Source: a virus. From it: a DNA stretch of 64,000 nt. Shown in pieces: positions 47,213 through 57,307 of the stretch. The stretch is from positions 1 to 64,000 of the IMG/VR virus record IMGVR_UViG_3300048548_000653; one strand, given 5' to 3'. How positions within the stretch are numbered: position 1 is the stretch's first letter; each line of letters opens with the position of its first letter. Both the position numbers and the translations under genes were made by a program. Below the pieces are notes generated by a model, which worked only from the letters and a program-made list of their open reading frames with translations, searched no databases and was not told the DNA's origin.

Positions 47213-48312
47213 AGTGAAAATCCTTTTAGGCTGTCTTTGCTTACGTCTTGTTTGATACCACCAATAACATATGATTCAACTTCTGTCTCTTGTGGAGCAA
47301 CTTGTAGCCCAGAGCTACTTAACCAATGTTGTGTCCAAGGAAGTGGGTTGGTATTCACTGGTTGATCAAATATTGCTTGCATACCTAGTGCTTTTAATCT
47401 ACGGTTTGCAATGTACTCGACATATTGATTTAATAACGTTGTGTTTAACCCAATCATTGATCCGTCTTTGAAAAGGTATTCTGCCCAATCTTTTTCTTCA
47501 GCTACACATTCACGCCATAAGTCGTAAACTTCCTCTTGGCAGTCTTTTGCAATTTTGGCCATTTCTGGATCGTCTTTGCCGTTTGCCCACAACTTCAATA
47601 CGTGTGTGCTTAGTGCTAGATGCTGTGCTTCGTCACGAGCAATTAATGAGATAATCTTTGCAGACCCTTCCATTAATTTTAGTTCGCCAAAGCCAAACGT
47701 ACAAGCAAAACTTACGTAAAAACGTAGTCCTTCTAATATATTAACTGTCATCATTGCTAGATACATTTTCTTCTTAACATCATACATCGAACCTTCGCCA
47801 CGATGGAAATATGCATCTGCTGCTTCGTTGAATGCATCGTAGTGTTTGGTTACACTAGTTGCTCTAGCAATAATTTTTTCATCATCTAGAATAGTGTCAA
47901 ACACTTCTGCAGGATCAGCATACACATTTTTCATAATGTGTGTATAACTGCGTGAATGGATTGTTTCAAAGAAATCCCAAGTAACAATACAGCCCTCTAG
48001 TTCAGGAAGTGATACGTGTGGCAAAAATGCTAAACAAGGGCCACGTCCTTGTACACTGTCGAGCAGTGTTTGATACTTTAGATTTGCTGTAAAGATGTGC
48101 TTCTGTTCTGGACGGAAGTTTGCAAAGTCAGCTCTATCTTTTTGTAGACTTACTTCTTCAGGACGCCAAAAGTATCCTAGCATTGTTTGATTCAATTTAT
48201 CAAACACTGGAAATTTAAACACATCATAACGCTGTGTGTTTTGATCTGCTCCGAAGAACATATTCTGTTTTGTGAAGTCTACCTTCTCTTTATTAAAAAC
48301 TGTCTTTGACAT
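47209..48312 (-). CDS. nrdB: ribonucleotide reductase class Ia beta subunit
   Basis: FWRPEEV, LDSVQGR, ETIHSRSY, EGLRFYVSF, RDEAQH, QVAPQE. Confidence 0.97.
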   Translation of the reverse strand: MSKTVFNKEKVDFTKQNMFFGADQNTQRYDVFKFPVFDKLNQTMLGYFWRPEEVSLQKDRADFANFRPEQKHIFTANLKYQTLLDSVQGRGPCLAFLPHVSLPELEGCIVTWDFFETIHSRSYTHIMKNVYADPAEVFDTILDDEKIIARATSVTKHYDAFNEAADAYFHRGEGSMYDVKKKMYLAMMTVNILEGLRFYVSFACTFGFGELKLMEGSAKIISLIARDEAQHLALSTHVLKLWANGKDDPEMAKIAKDCQEEVYDLWRECVAEEKDWAEYLFKDGSMIGLNTTLLNQYVEYIANRRLKALGMQAIFDQPVNTNPLPWTQHWLSSSGLQVAPQETEVESYVIGGIKQDVSKDSLKGFSL

Positions 48313-48345
48313 TTAGATTCCTCTTTCTGTGTATCTCTATAGATA

Positions 48346-48374
48346 ACTATACAGCCATTAAGGCTGTATGTCAA
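48346..48374 (-). promoter_or_regulatory. sigma70-type promoter
   Basis: TTGACA-N17-TATAGT. Confidence 0.65.
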
Positions 48375-48386
48375 CTAGTTTTGTAT

Positions 48387-50705
48387 TTATATTGCGCAGG
48401 CTTCGCAGTATTCTTCATACTCGTCATCTGTGCCAGTAAATTCACCACGTGCCAAAGGTTGATCTACTTGTGTTTCTTCCTGTAATTCACTTGGATCAGT
48501 TTTATAATCATAAGTGTTTTGATAATAACTAGTTTTCCATCCTAGTTTATATGTTTGTAATAGGTCTTGTATCATTACACTCATTGGAACTTCATTGTCA
48601 GGATATTGTGTAGGATTGTAACTCCAGTTGCCACTAATTGCTTGATCAAAGAACTTTTGCATAACTGCAACAACATTTATATATCCTTGATTACCATTCA
48701 TTTCCCATAACAATGTGTAATAGTTCTTTAGAGTTTGGTACTGTGGAACAATCTGCTTAAGAGGCCCTTTTTTACTCTTCTTAACGGACAGGTAACCTCT
48801 AGGTGGCTCGATTCCATTTGTTGCGTTCGACACAACGGAACTGCTCTCTGAAGGCATTTGTGCGGACAATGTGCTGTGCCTAAGACCGAATTCCAATATG
48901 TCTTTCCTAAGAGATGCCCAATCATAATTTAACTTATTCTCTACAATGTTATCGACATCTTTCTTATATGTGTCAATAGGAAGAATGCCGTCTGAGTATT
49001 TAGTGCGGTCAAAGTAGTCACAAGCACCACGTTCCTGCGCTAAGTTGTTGCTGGCTTTTAACAAATAGTATTGAAATGCTTCTGTCAAATCGTGTACAAG
49101 TTTCCACGCTCTGTCTTCTTCGTAACTCACGTGATTTTTAGCAAGGTAATGTGCAAGTCCAATATAGCCTACACCAAGTGAACGTCTTGCCTTTGTGCTA
49201 ATCTCTGCAGCCTTGATTGGATAACGTTGGTAATCAATTATTTCTTCTAAAGCTCTTACTGCTAAATCACATAATTCTTCTAAATCATCTAATGTTTTTA
49301 TTGTGCCAATATTAATAGCACTTAAAATACACAAAGCTATTTCGCCTTCACTATCATCTATATGAGTAAGTGGTTTTGTTGGAAGTGTAATTTCTTGACA
49401 TAGATTACTCATATAAACAGTGTCTTTAAATGAACTGTGCGTGTTACAATGATCAACATTCATAATATAAATGCGTCCAGTTTCTGCACGTTCTTTGATC
49501 AATGCTGAAAATAGTTCCATTGCATCAACTTTCTGTTTTTTGATGCTAGTTTTTCGCTCGTACATTTCGTACATTTCTTTAAACACGTCAGGATCCCCAA
49601 AATATGCTTCGTATAATCCTGGTACGTCGTGGGGGCTAAACAATGTAATGTCGCCGCCCCCGAGCAACCTTTCGTACATTGTTTTGTTAAGTTGAATAGA
49701 ATAATCCAACTTACGAACTCTATTATCTTCTGTGCCTTTGTTGTTCTTGAGTACAAGTATGTCCTCAATCTCTTGATGCCAAAACGGGAAGTGCGTTGTA
49801 GCACTACCGCCACGTACACCATTCTGTGTGCAACAACGCACTGTTGATTCAAACTTCTTTAGGAATGGGATGATTCCTGTGTGCGCAACTTCGCCTCCTC
49901 GAATTTTTGAATTAACTCCTCTGATGCGCCCTGCGTTAATGCCGATGCCAGCTCTCTGCGCTGTGTAACGTCCAATAGACATATCACTGGCAAAAATGGA
50001 ATCAAGCGTGTCATCCGAATCAACGAGGACACAGGAGGCAAACTGTCTGACTGGTGTGCGCACTCCGGCCATAACCGGCGTTGGGATATTGATTCTAAAA
50101 AGTGAGGTCGCATCGTAGTATCTCCTTACATAGTGCATACGTGTTTCTTTAGGATAATTTGCAAATAACGTAGCTGCAATCATCATATACATAAACTGTG
50201 GCGTTTCAAATAATTGTCCATTGGAACGATCTTGGCAAAGGTATTTGTCTACAACTTGTCTTAGTCCAGCGTAGGTAAAGTTCTCGTCACGCTTGTGATT
50301 AATATAGCTATCTAAACGTTCAACTTCCTCAGATGTATAATTATTAAAAATGTCAGAATCATAAACACCTCGTTCAATATTTTTCTCAATCATTTCTTGC
50401 AATGAACAAGATTCGTAACCTCCAAATACTTCTTTATTGGTTCCATACGAAAGCAATCTTGCTGCTGCGTATTGATAGTTTGGGTTTTCCAAACTAATTA
50501 GGTCATTTGCACTTCTAACTAAAATTTCTTGAATTTCTTTTGAGCTCATACCATTATAAAATTGAATATTTGCGTTCATTTCGATTAAACTACTACTTAC
50601 TCCAGCTAAATCCTTACAAGCGTGTTCTACTACTTTGTGGATTTTATCTATGTTTAGCTCTTCTTGTTCGCCATTACGCTTAACGATCATGGTATTATCA
50701 CTCAT
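48387..50705 (-). CDS. nrdA: ribonucleotide reductase class Ia alpha subunit
   Basis: ATP cone VKRNG, QFASC, SNLCQEI, ALCILS, KTSYY, terminal CEAC. Confidence 0.97.
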   Translation of the reverse strand: MSDNTMIVKRNGEQEELNIDKIHKVVEHACKDLAGVSSSLIEMNANIQFYNGMSSKEIQEILVRSANDLISLENPNYQYAAARLLSYGTNKEVFGGYESCSLQEMIEKNIERGVYDSDIFNNYTSEEVERLDSYINHKRDENFTYAGLRQVVDKYLCQDRSNGQLFETPQFMYMMIAATLFANYPKETRMHYVRRYYDATSLFRINIPTPVMAGVRTPVRQFASCVLVDSDDTLDSIFASDMSIGRYTAQRAGIGINAGRIRGVNSKIRGGEVAHTGIIPFLKKFESTVRCCTQNGVRGGSATTHFPFWHQEIEDILVLKNNKGTEDNRVRKLDYSIQLNKTMYERLLGGGDITLFSPHDVPGLYEAYFGDPDVFKEMYEMYERKTSIKKQKVDAMELFSALIKERAETGRIYIMNVDHCNTHSSFKDTVYMSNLCQEITLPTKPLTHIDDSEGEIALCILSAINIGTIKTLDDLEELCDLAVRALEEIIDYQRYPIKAAEISTKARRSLGVGYIGLAHYLAKNHVSYEEDRAWKLVHDLTEAFQYYLLKASNNLAQERGACDYFDRTKYSDGILPIDTYKKDVDNIVENKLNYDWASLRKDILEFGLRHSTLSAQMPSESSSVVSNATNGIEPPRGYLSVKKSKKGPLKQIVPQYQTLKNYYTLLWEMNGNQGYINVVAVMQKFFDQAISGNWSYNPTQYPDNEVPMSVMIQDLLQTYKLGWKTSYYQNTYDYKTDPSELQEETQVDQPLARGEFTGTDDEYEEYCEACAI

Positions 50706-50726
50706 ATTATCTCCTGTTACTTTAAA

Positions 50727-51152
50727 TTAATTATACTGAGGCAGTTTAGAATATTGAACTTCTGAAACCAATTTATTTTGCCTATAAAATCCAACACTAC
50801 CATTATTATAAATTCCAATTGTTATATTGTCAACTGAAAGTAGATACAAATACCTACTTTTATCTCTGTCTAGTGTTATGTTTATCTTAAAATTGGCCTC
50901 AGAAAAACGGTCTGTTAATTGTAATGTGTAAAAAATTGCAAGTAATTTTTTAAATTCACAATAATCATTTTGTTGAATCATTTCCCAAGGATCGGGCCAA
51001 GTTGTTTCATCATATGGATCTGTACTAATTGCATTTGTAGGAATGTTATTCCAAAAATCAAACAGAAGTTTAAATGGATCTGCACTAGTTTCTACAGTAT
51101 TTCTTAATTTTTTCCAAACGGTTATTCTCTTGTAATAATCTAATGGAAACAT
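50727..51152 (-). CDS. hypothetical phage protein
   Basis: DPYD..TWPDPWE; start MFPL. Confidence 0.65.
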   Translation of the reverse strand: MFPLDYYKRITVWKKLRNTVETSADPFKLLFDFWNNIPTNAISTDPYDETTWPDPWEMIQQNDYCEFKKLLAIFYTLQLTDRFSEANFKINITLDRDKSRYLYLLSVDNITIGIYNNGSVGFYRQNKLVSEVQYSKLPQYN

Positions 51153-51153
51153 A

Positions 51154-52764
51154 TTAAAACATATAAGTGCTAGTAAATGTAAAGTCGTCTGAGCCAACAC
51201 CTTCGTCTAGTGTTAGATTTTTAACTTCAATCAAAATTTTGTTTGCAGATAAATTTGCTCTAAATTCTAAAGCATTTAATAATGTACTATTACCAGTAAA
51301 GGTGAAATCATCTCCAAAGTCAACGGTGCTAGTGCTTAATGACTTATTCCATTCAAAACGCCAAGTGCCTCTTCTTGCAACTGGACCCGGAGTGTTGTTT
51401 GCAGTATATCTATATTCTACAAGGATGACACCTTTATCCACTGGTGCAGGTAAGCCCATAAAATATTCATAATCAAGTTTACCTAAAATACTTGTACTTA
51501 CAGGAAAACTTAATTCAACTTTATTTGGTCCTTCAACTTCGGGTGGATAAAGTGCTGTGTTCAGTAAAGGATCAACTGTTAAATCTGCTGTACGTTGAAA
51601 AAAGTCACCAGTGCTAACGTTGCCATCTTTTCCAAATCTAATTACACTATCGGTTGCATTTTGGCTATTTGCTCCATCAGTGCCCACAAAATTAAATTTG
51701 TTATTTCTCGATGTGTTGTATTTGCCGTTGTCAATAATAATAGCCTGAGCATCTATATTATTAAAAAGCATATTTTCTAGAGTATTGTATTGCGGACCTG
51801 TCTGCTGACCTGCTGCACCAATAATGCTATCAATACCAAATTTAAAACCATAACCACAAGTTTCAATTCTTCCACCATCAAATTGATTATAACTAGTATC
51901 GTCATCTGACAAATATGCGTAGGCCATATTTTCAACGTTTACGTTTTTAAAAATGTTTTGATTAGAGTCTAATGAACCTATACTTCCACTACGTAATTTA
52001 AAAGCGCCATAATCAACATCAGCACTGTCTCCAAAACTCCATTGTCCAACAATTCTCAAATTAGTAAATAGACTATCTCTACAATTTTGTAATATAACAG
52101 TTCCACCGTAACTACTATGAGTTATTGTCATATCACGTAAAGTGATGTATCTTGGTTGATTTGTACTGTCGTTTGTGCTGTCATCTGCATAATTACCACT
52201 ACCAACACTTTCACCATTTTTGGTATAGAATGCATTAGCACCTGTGCAGGTAATCAATGTTTTACCTATACCATCGCCGACAATGTTTGCAAATGGAGGA
52301 ATAAAGATTGAACTAGTAACTTGATATTCGCCTGCCGGTATACGCAATGTAATATTTTTATTAGCACCGCCTATAGGTGATAAAAACAATTGATCAACTG
52401 CTCTTTGTAATGCTGCTGTTTGATCTGAGCCATCGCCTGTTGCACCAAAGTCTGTGACACTTACAATATCATCTAGTTTTTGTGCAATAGAACGCTGAAT
52501 AGGAGTTGCACCAGTAGCACCCGTCTGCACATTGTCATTAGTTCTATATGTGTATTGTCCTACTAGATCAAGAATGTTGCTTTTTAATGTAAGTATTTCT
52601 GTGTTACCTGTAGCAGGAGCACCTTCACTTACACTACCATTACCTATATAAAGTTTTTGTAGATCAACTGCCCATCCTAGTTCACCACTTGAAAGTTGCG
52701 GCACACCCGATACCCTAGCTTTACCTCTACGATTTTGTATCCTTGAAATCTGTACAACGGCCAT
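51154..52764 (-). CDS. virion tail-associated protein with pectate-lyase-like beta-helix
   Basis: MAVVQISRIQNRRG, GELGW, VSVTDFGATGDG.DQTAALQRA, IPAGEY. Confidence 0.8.
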   Translation of the reverse strand: MAVVQISRIQNRRGKARVSGVPQLSSGELGWAVDLQKLYIGNGSVSEGAPATGNTEILTLKSNILDLVGQYTYRTNDNVQTGATGATPIQRSIAQKLDDIVSVTDFGATGDGSDQTAALQRAVDQLFLSPIGGANKNITLRIPAGEYQVTSSIFIPPFANIVGDGIGKTLITCTGANAFYTKNGESVGSGNYADDSTNDSTNQPRYITLRDMTITHSSYGGTVILQNCRDSLFTNLRIVGQWSFGDSADVDYGAFKLRSGSIGSLDSNQNIFKNVNVENMAYAYLSDDDTSYNQFDGGRIETCGYGFKFGIDSIIGAAGQQTGPQYNTLENMLFNNIDAQAIIIDNGKYNTSRNNKFNFVGTDGANSQNATDSVIRFGKDGNVSTGDFFQRTADLTVDPLLNTALYPPEVEGPNKVELSFPVSTSILGKLDYEYFMGLPAPVDKGVILVEYRYTANNTPGPVARRGTWRFEWNKSLSTSTVDFGDDFTFTGNSTLLNALEFRANLSANKILIEVKNLTLDEGVGSDDFTFTSTYMF

Positions 52765-52791
52765 TCTTAACTCCTGAATTATTGTTAGTAT

Positions 52792-53676
52792 TTAGCCGTT
52801 GATTAAGTTAAACTGATTCTTCAACTGTGCAACTACCGCTTGCCTAGTAATGCCCATCCTTTCAGCTATCTCATTATTAGATAGATTTGCGTGATAAAAG
52901 TCAAGTAATTGTTTTAATCTTTCTTCTGTCCAACCCTTCCTTTTGTTCATATAGTCACGGTGTTCCTTATTATATTTCGCTCTTAAAACAGGATCTTTCA
53001 TACGCTCTCTTCGCTGTTTAGCTCTGTGTATTGGATCACCAGTCAACCCGTGCTTGTAATTAGCATTACCAAATCCGCTACGATTTTTGCTGTAATTTGC
53101 TTTAGTTTCTTCGCTATGACGGAACCCAAGACCGCCATTTAATTTTGCACGTGACGCCACTATTTTTTCAATAGTTTCTTTTGGTTGCTTTTTACCTAGC
53201 AAATGTGGAACTAATTCGCCGCTTGCAAACATACGTTTTTTTGTTTCGCTTTGTCTTTTGTTCATTTCAGCTGTAGGCTTCCAGCCTTTCCTACGTGTAG
53301 CCCACTCGTTTTTCATCCATTGACGTTTAGCTTCTCTTTGTTCCTCTGTCAATTTTCTGCCATACATATGATTATTAGGTCCTGATTGATCTATGTATCT
53401 TGGATCGCCTATTCCAACATTGTAATATCTATTCCAACATCTTTTTTTCCTGTTCTTTAGATATGTGTGCTCTACAAATGCTATTTCTTCTTTAGTGCCT
53501 GTAAAAATAATTCTACGTCTAAATCCTTGAGGAATGTTATCCTTTGTAAAACTCTCCATCAACGTAGATGAATGAGTATAACTATTGTCTGGACTGCCTT
53601 GATGCTTTCCTATGTAATACATTTTGTTTTTTGCATCATACCAAATGTAAACAAAGCCGTCATCCGTGTTTTTCAT
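52792..53676 (-). CDS. free-standing GIY-YIG (Seg-like) homing endonuclease with NUMOD3-like repeats and C-terminal HTH
   Basis: GFVYIW...YYIGKH, FRRRI, E, YYN; MYGRKLTEE, HSEETK; SNNEIAERMGITRQAV. Confidence 0.85.
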   Translation of the reverse strand: MKNTDDGFVYIWYDAKNKMYYIGKHQGSPDNSYTHSSTLMESFTKDNIPQGFRRRIIFTGTKEEIAFVEHTYLKNRKKRCWNRYYNVGIGDPRYIDQSGPNNHMYGRKLTEEQREAKRQWMKNEWATRRKGWKPTAEMNKRQSETKKRMFASGELVPHLLGKKQPKETIEKIVASRAKLNGGLGFRHSEETKANYSKNRSGFGNANYKHGLTGDPIHRAKQRRERMKDPVLRAKYNKEHRDYMNKRKGWTEERLKQLLDFYHANLSNNEIAERMGITRQAVVAQLKNQFNLING

Positions 53677-54343
53677 AATACTGCCTGCATCTATTCCACC
53701 ACTCTTGTTCCCACTCTGCGAACTCGTCTGGCCACAAATCAAACTGCTGATACTCCAAGCCTCTACTGCACATAAAAATGTGTCCTTCACGTATGTCTGT
53801 GCCGTGTACTTCGTTGTGCCCTAATGCATATGCTGTAAGCTGTAAATAATAATCCTCTACCCATTCAGGCTTTTTGGGTTTATTGGTTTGCTTAAAATCC
53901 ATAATACAAGGATTGCCTTTGTATTGTCCTACCAAGTCAGTAGTACCTGCATAAATGTTAGGAACATAAAGGGGTACTTCGCTTCCCCATATCTCATCTA
54001 CGTGTACCATTGCTTCATCACGTATGACACAAGCCATTTGATATGCTTGTTGTGCATAAGGATTACTACCTGCACTTTCTGTCCACACGCCGTTGTCAAC
54101 ATAGTCTTCAAGATACTTGTGCATACGTGTGCCTACGCCGCTGGCTTCGGTTACAATCTCTTGTGCTTTTTGTTCACCTACACGTTTTTTCCACGCAATA
54201 AGATGACTCATATCTTTGGTACCGCTAAGAATAGTAGTTACGCTTGCTACTGGTGCACCACCTGGTGCAGCGTAACGGCGTTTGCCATTTACTTCTACAC
54301 GTTTTAATTTTTCGTATGTATACTTAGGTTTGATTAATGTCAT
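53660..54343 (-). CDS. PD-(D/E)xK RecB-like exonuclease
   Basis: SVTTIL, GTRMH, YAGTTDL, DFKQ, QLTAYA. Confidence 0.88.
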   Translation of the reverse strand: MTLIKPKYTYEKLKRVEVNGKRRYAAPGGAPVASVTTILSGTKDMSHLIAWKKRVGEQKAQEIVTEASGVGTRMHKYLEDYVDNGVWTESAGSNPYAQQAYQMACVIRDEAMVHVDEIWGSEVPLYVPNIYAGTTDLVGQYKGNPCIMDFKQTNKPKKPEWVEDYYLQLTAYALGHNEVHGTDIREGHIFMCSRGLEYQQFDLWPDEFAEWEQEWWNRCRQYYEKHG

Positions 54344-54357
54344 ACGTTATGATAACA

Positions 54358-54654
54358 TTAAAGATCGGATAAGTCAACGGCTCGTTTTGCCATTTTTCCT
54401 ACACTGTCTCCATCAGCACCGCCTTTTGGTGCTTTGTCAACGAAACTTACTTCTTCCTGTGTGTAGTGTCCAATTAGTCCTTTGATTCTTTCGTCTGCTT
54501 GGTAAGCTGCATCAAATGTTTCATAGTTAAACTGTGGAACTTCATTGTTGTCCATCATTTTGTCTAAATCTTCAAATGAAATAGACTGGACACCTTCTGA
54601 CTTCAATAGTCGAAGTAATCGATAAAGATTGTCGCTGTTTACTTCTTCAGTTAC
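54358..54654 (-). CDS. ORF lacking a good start, probably reached by -1 frameshift from the upstream gene
   Basis: Open from the slippery site (VTEEVNSDNLYRLL...) to TAA at 54358; only an SD-less TTG near the start. Confidence 0.6.
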   Translation of the reverse strand, partial: VTEEVNSDNLYRLLRLLKSEGVQSISFEDLDKMMDNNEVPQFNYETFDAAYQADERIKGLIGHYTQEEVSFVDKAPKGGADGDSVGKMAKRAVDLSDL

Positions 54655-55835
54655 TTTTTTTTTGAAAGTGTACGTGCTAGTTTACGTGAGTCAACACTTT
54701 CACTCGGTGCTGCTCTACGATCGCCTCTCATAGCTTTTAATTTTGCAAGTGCTTGTGGATTTAATTTCAATACACCTGCATCAATCATCATTTTTACAGC
54801 CGGATCATCTAGCATAAATTCTGCAGGAACTTTGTTTCCATCTTTATCAAATGTCCAATATTGTTTACCTTTGATATTTTGTTTTGGTCCTGAACCAAAC
54901 TTATTTTGAATACTTTTTTGTAAATTTAGATCTGCAGGATCGTTGCTGTCCATTCCACCAAACTCGTCTAGTTCAACACTTTCACGTGTCTCTCTGCCTG
55001 CTGGTTCTTCGCCGCCTGCTGCTGCTGGTGCTGCTGCAAAATCATCATCTGCGGGTGGCACAACACCTGCTGCATCATCCATATCAACGGTTGGCTCTAA
55101 GCCTGCAGCCATATCGTCGCCGCCCATTGGAGGCTGCATTTCACCTTCGCCTGTCAACATCATAACACCACTACTCAGTGCGCCTCTAGTTGACTCTAAT
55201 GAAGCATAAAGTTCGTCCAAGCTTGCTTTGATTGTTTCAACATACTGGTTACTTTGATCTACGCCCATTTCGTCTCTAACAGCATCAGCAAGATCCAACA
55301 TTGATTCTGTTTTCATTTCTGCTGTATCTTCCATCCAACCTGTTACTCTGTCAACCATATCCTTAGCTGCCATAACAATCTCTGCTTGGTCTTCTGCACC
55401 TTCACGTACAACAGATTCTTTTGCTTCTGCATCTGCTTTTTTGTTACCAGCATCGACCATTGCTTTGATACCTTTAGACTTTTTGTCTTTGGCTGCTTTT
55501 TTCATTGGCTCTTTTTTGTCGCCATCTTTATCCAAATCAAGGAAATCTGGCTTTGCACCTTCTAGCATATCATCATCAATGTCACCACGTTCACTAATTT
55601 CAGCATTTAACACATCTAAAAATAATTTAGATTTTTGATACTCATCGCTTTCAACTACATTACTAAAACTTTCGTTCATTTCGATTTGACTTAGTCTTGT
55701 TCTAAGTTTGTTACGAGCATTATGTAATTGTGCTAGTGTAAAAGATTCTAATGCAATGCGTTTTCCGAAACGTTTTGCAAGGCTTTCGTTTAATTTTTTT
55801 GCTGTTACTGGTTTAGCGAACTCTGAAATATTCAT
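54651..55835 (-). CDS. acidic prohead-core/scaffold-like virion protein
   Basis: TAAATA promoter, repeated ES/LE motifs, KPDFLDLDKDGDKKEPMK, AEIVMAAKDMVD. Confidence 0.65.
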   Translation of the reverse strand: MNISEFAKPVTAKKLNESLAKRFGKRIALESFTLAQLHNARNKLRTRLSQIEMNESFSNVVESDEYQKSKLFLDVLNAEISERGDIDDDMLEGAKPDFLDLDKDGDKKEPMKKAAKDKKSKGIKAMVDAGNKKADAEAKESVVREGAEDQAEIVMAAKDMVDRVTGWMEDTAEMKTESMLDLADAVRDEMGVDQSNQYVETIKASLDELYASLESTRGALSSGVMMLTGEGEMQPPMGGDDMAAGLEPTVDMDDAAGVVPPADDDFAAAPAAAGGEEPAGRETRESVELDEFGGMDSNDPADLNLQKSIQNKFGSGPKQNIKGKQYWTFDKDGNKVPAEFMLDDPAVKMMIDAGVLKLNPQALAKLKAMRGDRRAAPSESVDSRKLARTLSKKK

Positions 55836-55869
55836 TGGTGATTTCCTATGTTATTAAAAGTATTTATCT

Positions 55870-56283
55870 CTAGTAAAAGATTATTTGTTCTAATTTATTA
55901 TTAATTGCACGTAGTTCGTCGTATGCAACACTTAATCTAATATCTAGCACATCTTTTTTGTGGTCATCTTTAGTTTTATCTATTGTATGTTGATAAAATC
56001 TTGCATCTAATTCGTGTTTTTGTATTTTTTGATCTAAAACTAGGATGTAATTTATCTTTTCATTTTCATTATATAATTTTGCTATTGCAAGAGCACTATG
56101 CTTACTATAAACTGATCCTATTTGTTCTTGTTTTTTACTATCAAATAAAATAAAGCTTTTGTCTTTTAGTTGGCGTATAACAACAGGTCCAATGCGTATA
56201 GAGTTACCTACCTTTACAGGCAAAGGATGTTTCTTCACTCCACAAGAAATGAGAGTTTTTAATTCATTAATTAGATGCTGCAT
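55870..56283 (-). CDS. hypothetical phage protein
   Basis: LPVKVGNSIRIG. Confidence 0.65.
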   Translation of the reverse strand: MQHLINELKTLISCGVKKHPLPVKVGNSIRIGPVVIRQLKDKSFILFDSKKQEQIGSVYSKHSALAIAKLYNENEKINYILVLDQKIQKHELDARFYQHTIDKTKDDHKKDVLDIRLSVAYDELRAINNKLEQIIFY

Positions 56284-56476
56284 TATTAACCAGATACTGC
56301 TTTCCTTGATATAAGACTTTTTTAATTATATCTTTTCTTATCAAATTGTCAAGAACATATTGCTGTCTTTCTGTAAATTCTTCGTAATCACATAATGTTT
56401 CCATTTTTGCAAGTAATTTCTTTTCCTCTAAAGAAATTTGTACTCTAAGTTCATTAGTGATTTGTTTAAAATTCAT
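56267..56476 (-). CDS. hypothetical protein (winged-helix-like)
   Basis: ERQQYV..NLIRKD. Confidence 0.6.
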   Translation of the reverse strand: MNFKQITNELRVQISLEEKKLLAKMETLCDYEEFTERQQYVLDNLIRKDIIKKVLYQGKQYLVNNAASN

Positions 56477-56742
56477 TAGACTGCTGTGCTACCAGTTGTA
56501 TTAGCAGCACCCATCGTATCTGGTTGTTGCGCTTGTTGCGCTTTTGATTTTCTTGCAGCGGCAACAGCTAGAGTCGCTGCTCTAACTTGTTCGTCTGCTG
56601 ATTTTTTTTGTAAGGTAAGTTGACGCATTTGGTCTTGAATAGAAACTACACCGTCTTTTGCCTGTTGCAATGCATCTTGTGCTTGCTTAACCGGATCTAC
56701 CATTGGTGCCTCATCTAGTTTTTGTAAATCAGTGATTTTCAT
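56476..56742 (-). CDS. coiled-coil late protein
   Basis: MKITDL leader. Confidence 0.6.
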   Translation of the reverse strand: MKITDLQKLDEAPMVDPVKQAQDALQQAKDGVVSIQDQMRQLTLQKKSADEQVRAATLAVAAARKSKAQQAQQPDTMGAANTTGSTAV

Positions 56743-56999
56743 CTATTCATTGCCTTTACTCTGATACTCGCTGCATTAGTCTTTTTTGTACGTTTTGCTT
56801 TACGAGTCATTTTGCTTCCCATTCTTGCTTTGGTTATTGCTAACCTAAGTCTTTTCTTTACGTCTGGTGGAGCAAAACATTGGGCTACATTTGTAACTGT
56901 TCTACCTTTTCTTGGACCGGAGGTACATCGGTATTTTCTTACTACCTTATTTCCTCTTTTGGCGAATACCTGTCTTTCAAAAAGTTCTCTAATTAACAT
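56739..56999 (-). CDS. highly basic late protein
   Basis: MLIRELFE leader; KYRCTSGPRKGR..QC. Confidence 0.7.
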   Translation of the reverse strand: MLIRELFERQVFAKRGNKVVRKYRCTSGPRKGRTVTNVAQCFAPPDVKKRLRLAITKARMGSKMTRKAKRTKKTNAASIRVKAMNR

Positions 57000-57000
57000 T

Positions 57001-57231
57001 TTACAATTGCATAACGATAACAACTATAGTTGATAATAAACCTGCTACAATTGTGCCTGCTGCTCCTATAATAACTTTTACAAGGCTTTGTTGTCCTGAT
57101 GCCATTTGTTCGGCAATGCCGTCTAGTTTATCTTCAACAGTGCTTAGACGCTTTTCAAATTGTTCGTAGCGTAATGCACACAAATCTACGTGTGCTTCTA
57201 AGCTCTCTTTTTCGATTGATTTAGTCGACAT
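57001..57231 (-). CDS. coiled-coil plus C-terminal TM protein (XhlA/holin-like)
   Basis: LEAHVDLCA.RY, C-terminal TM segment. Confidence 0.65.
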   Translation of the reverse strand: MSTKSIEKESLEAHVDLCALRYEQFEKRLSTVEDKLDGIAEQMASGQQSLVKVIIGAAGTIVAGLLSTIVVIVMQL

Positions 57232-57307
57232 TCATTACTCCAATATATTTACGACAGGAAATAGCCTTTTCGTTACCTAATAAATGCCTAAGTGTTCTAC
57301 CACTGTA

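Noticed and set aside
47209-50705. Inteins or introns in nrdA/nrdB
   Set aside because: Both are normal length with contiguous motifs
52792-54343. Group I intron hosting the GIY-YIG gene
   Set aside because: Both flanking genes appear intact and there is no non-coding space for an intron core
53660-54343. Cas4 / CRISPR system
   Set aside because: No four-Cys Fe-S pattern, no other cas genes, and no repeat-spacer array seen in the window
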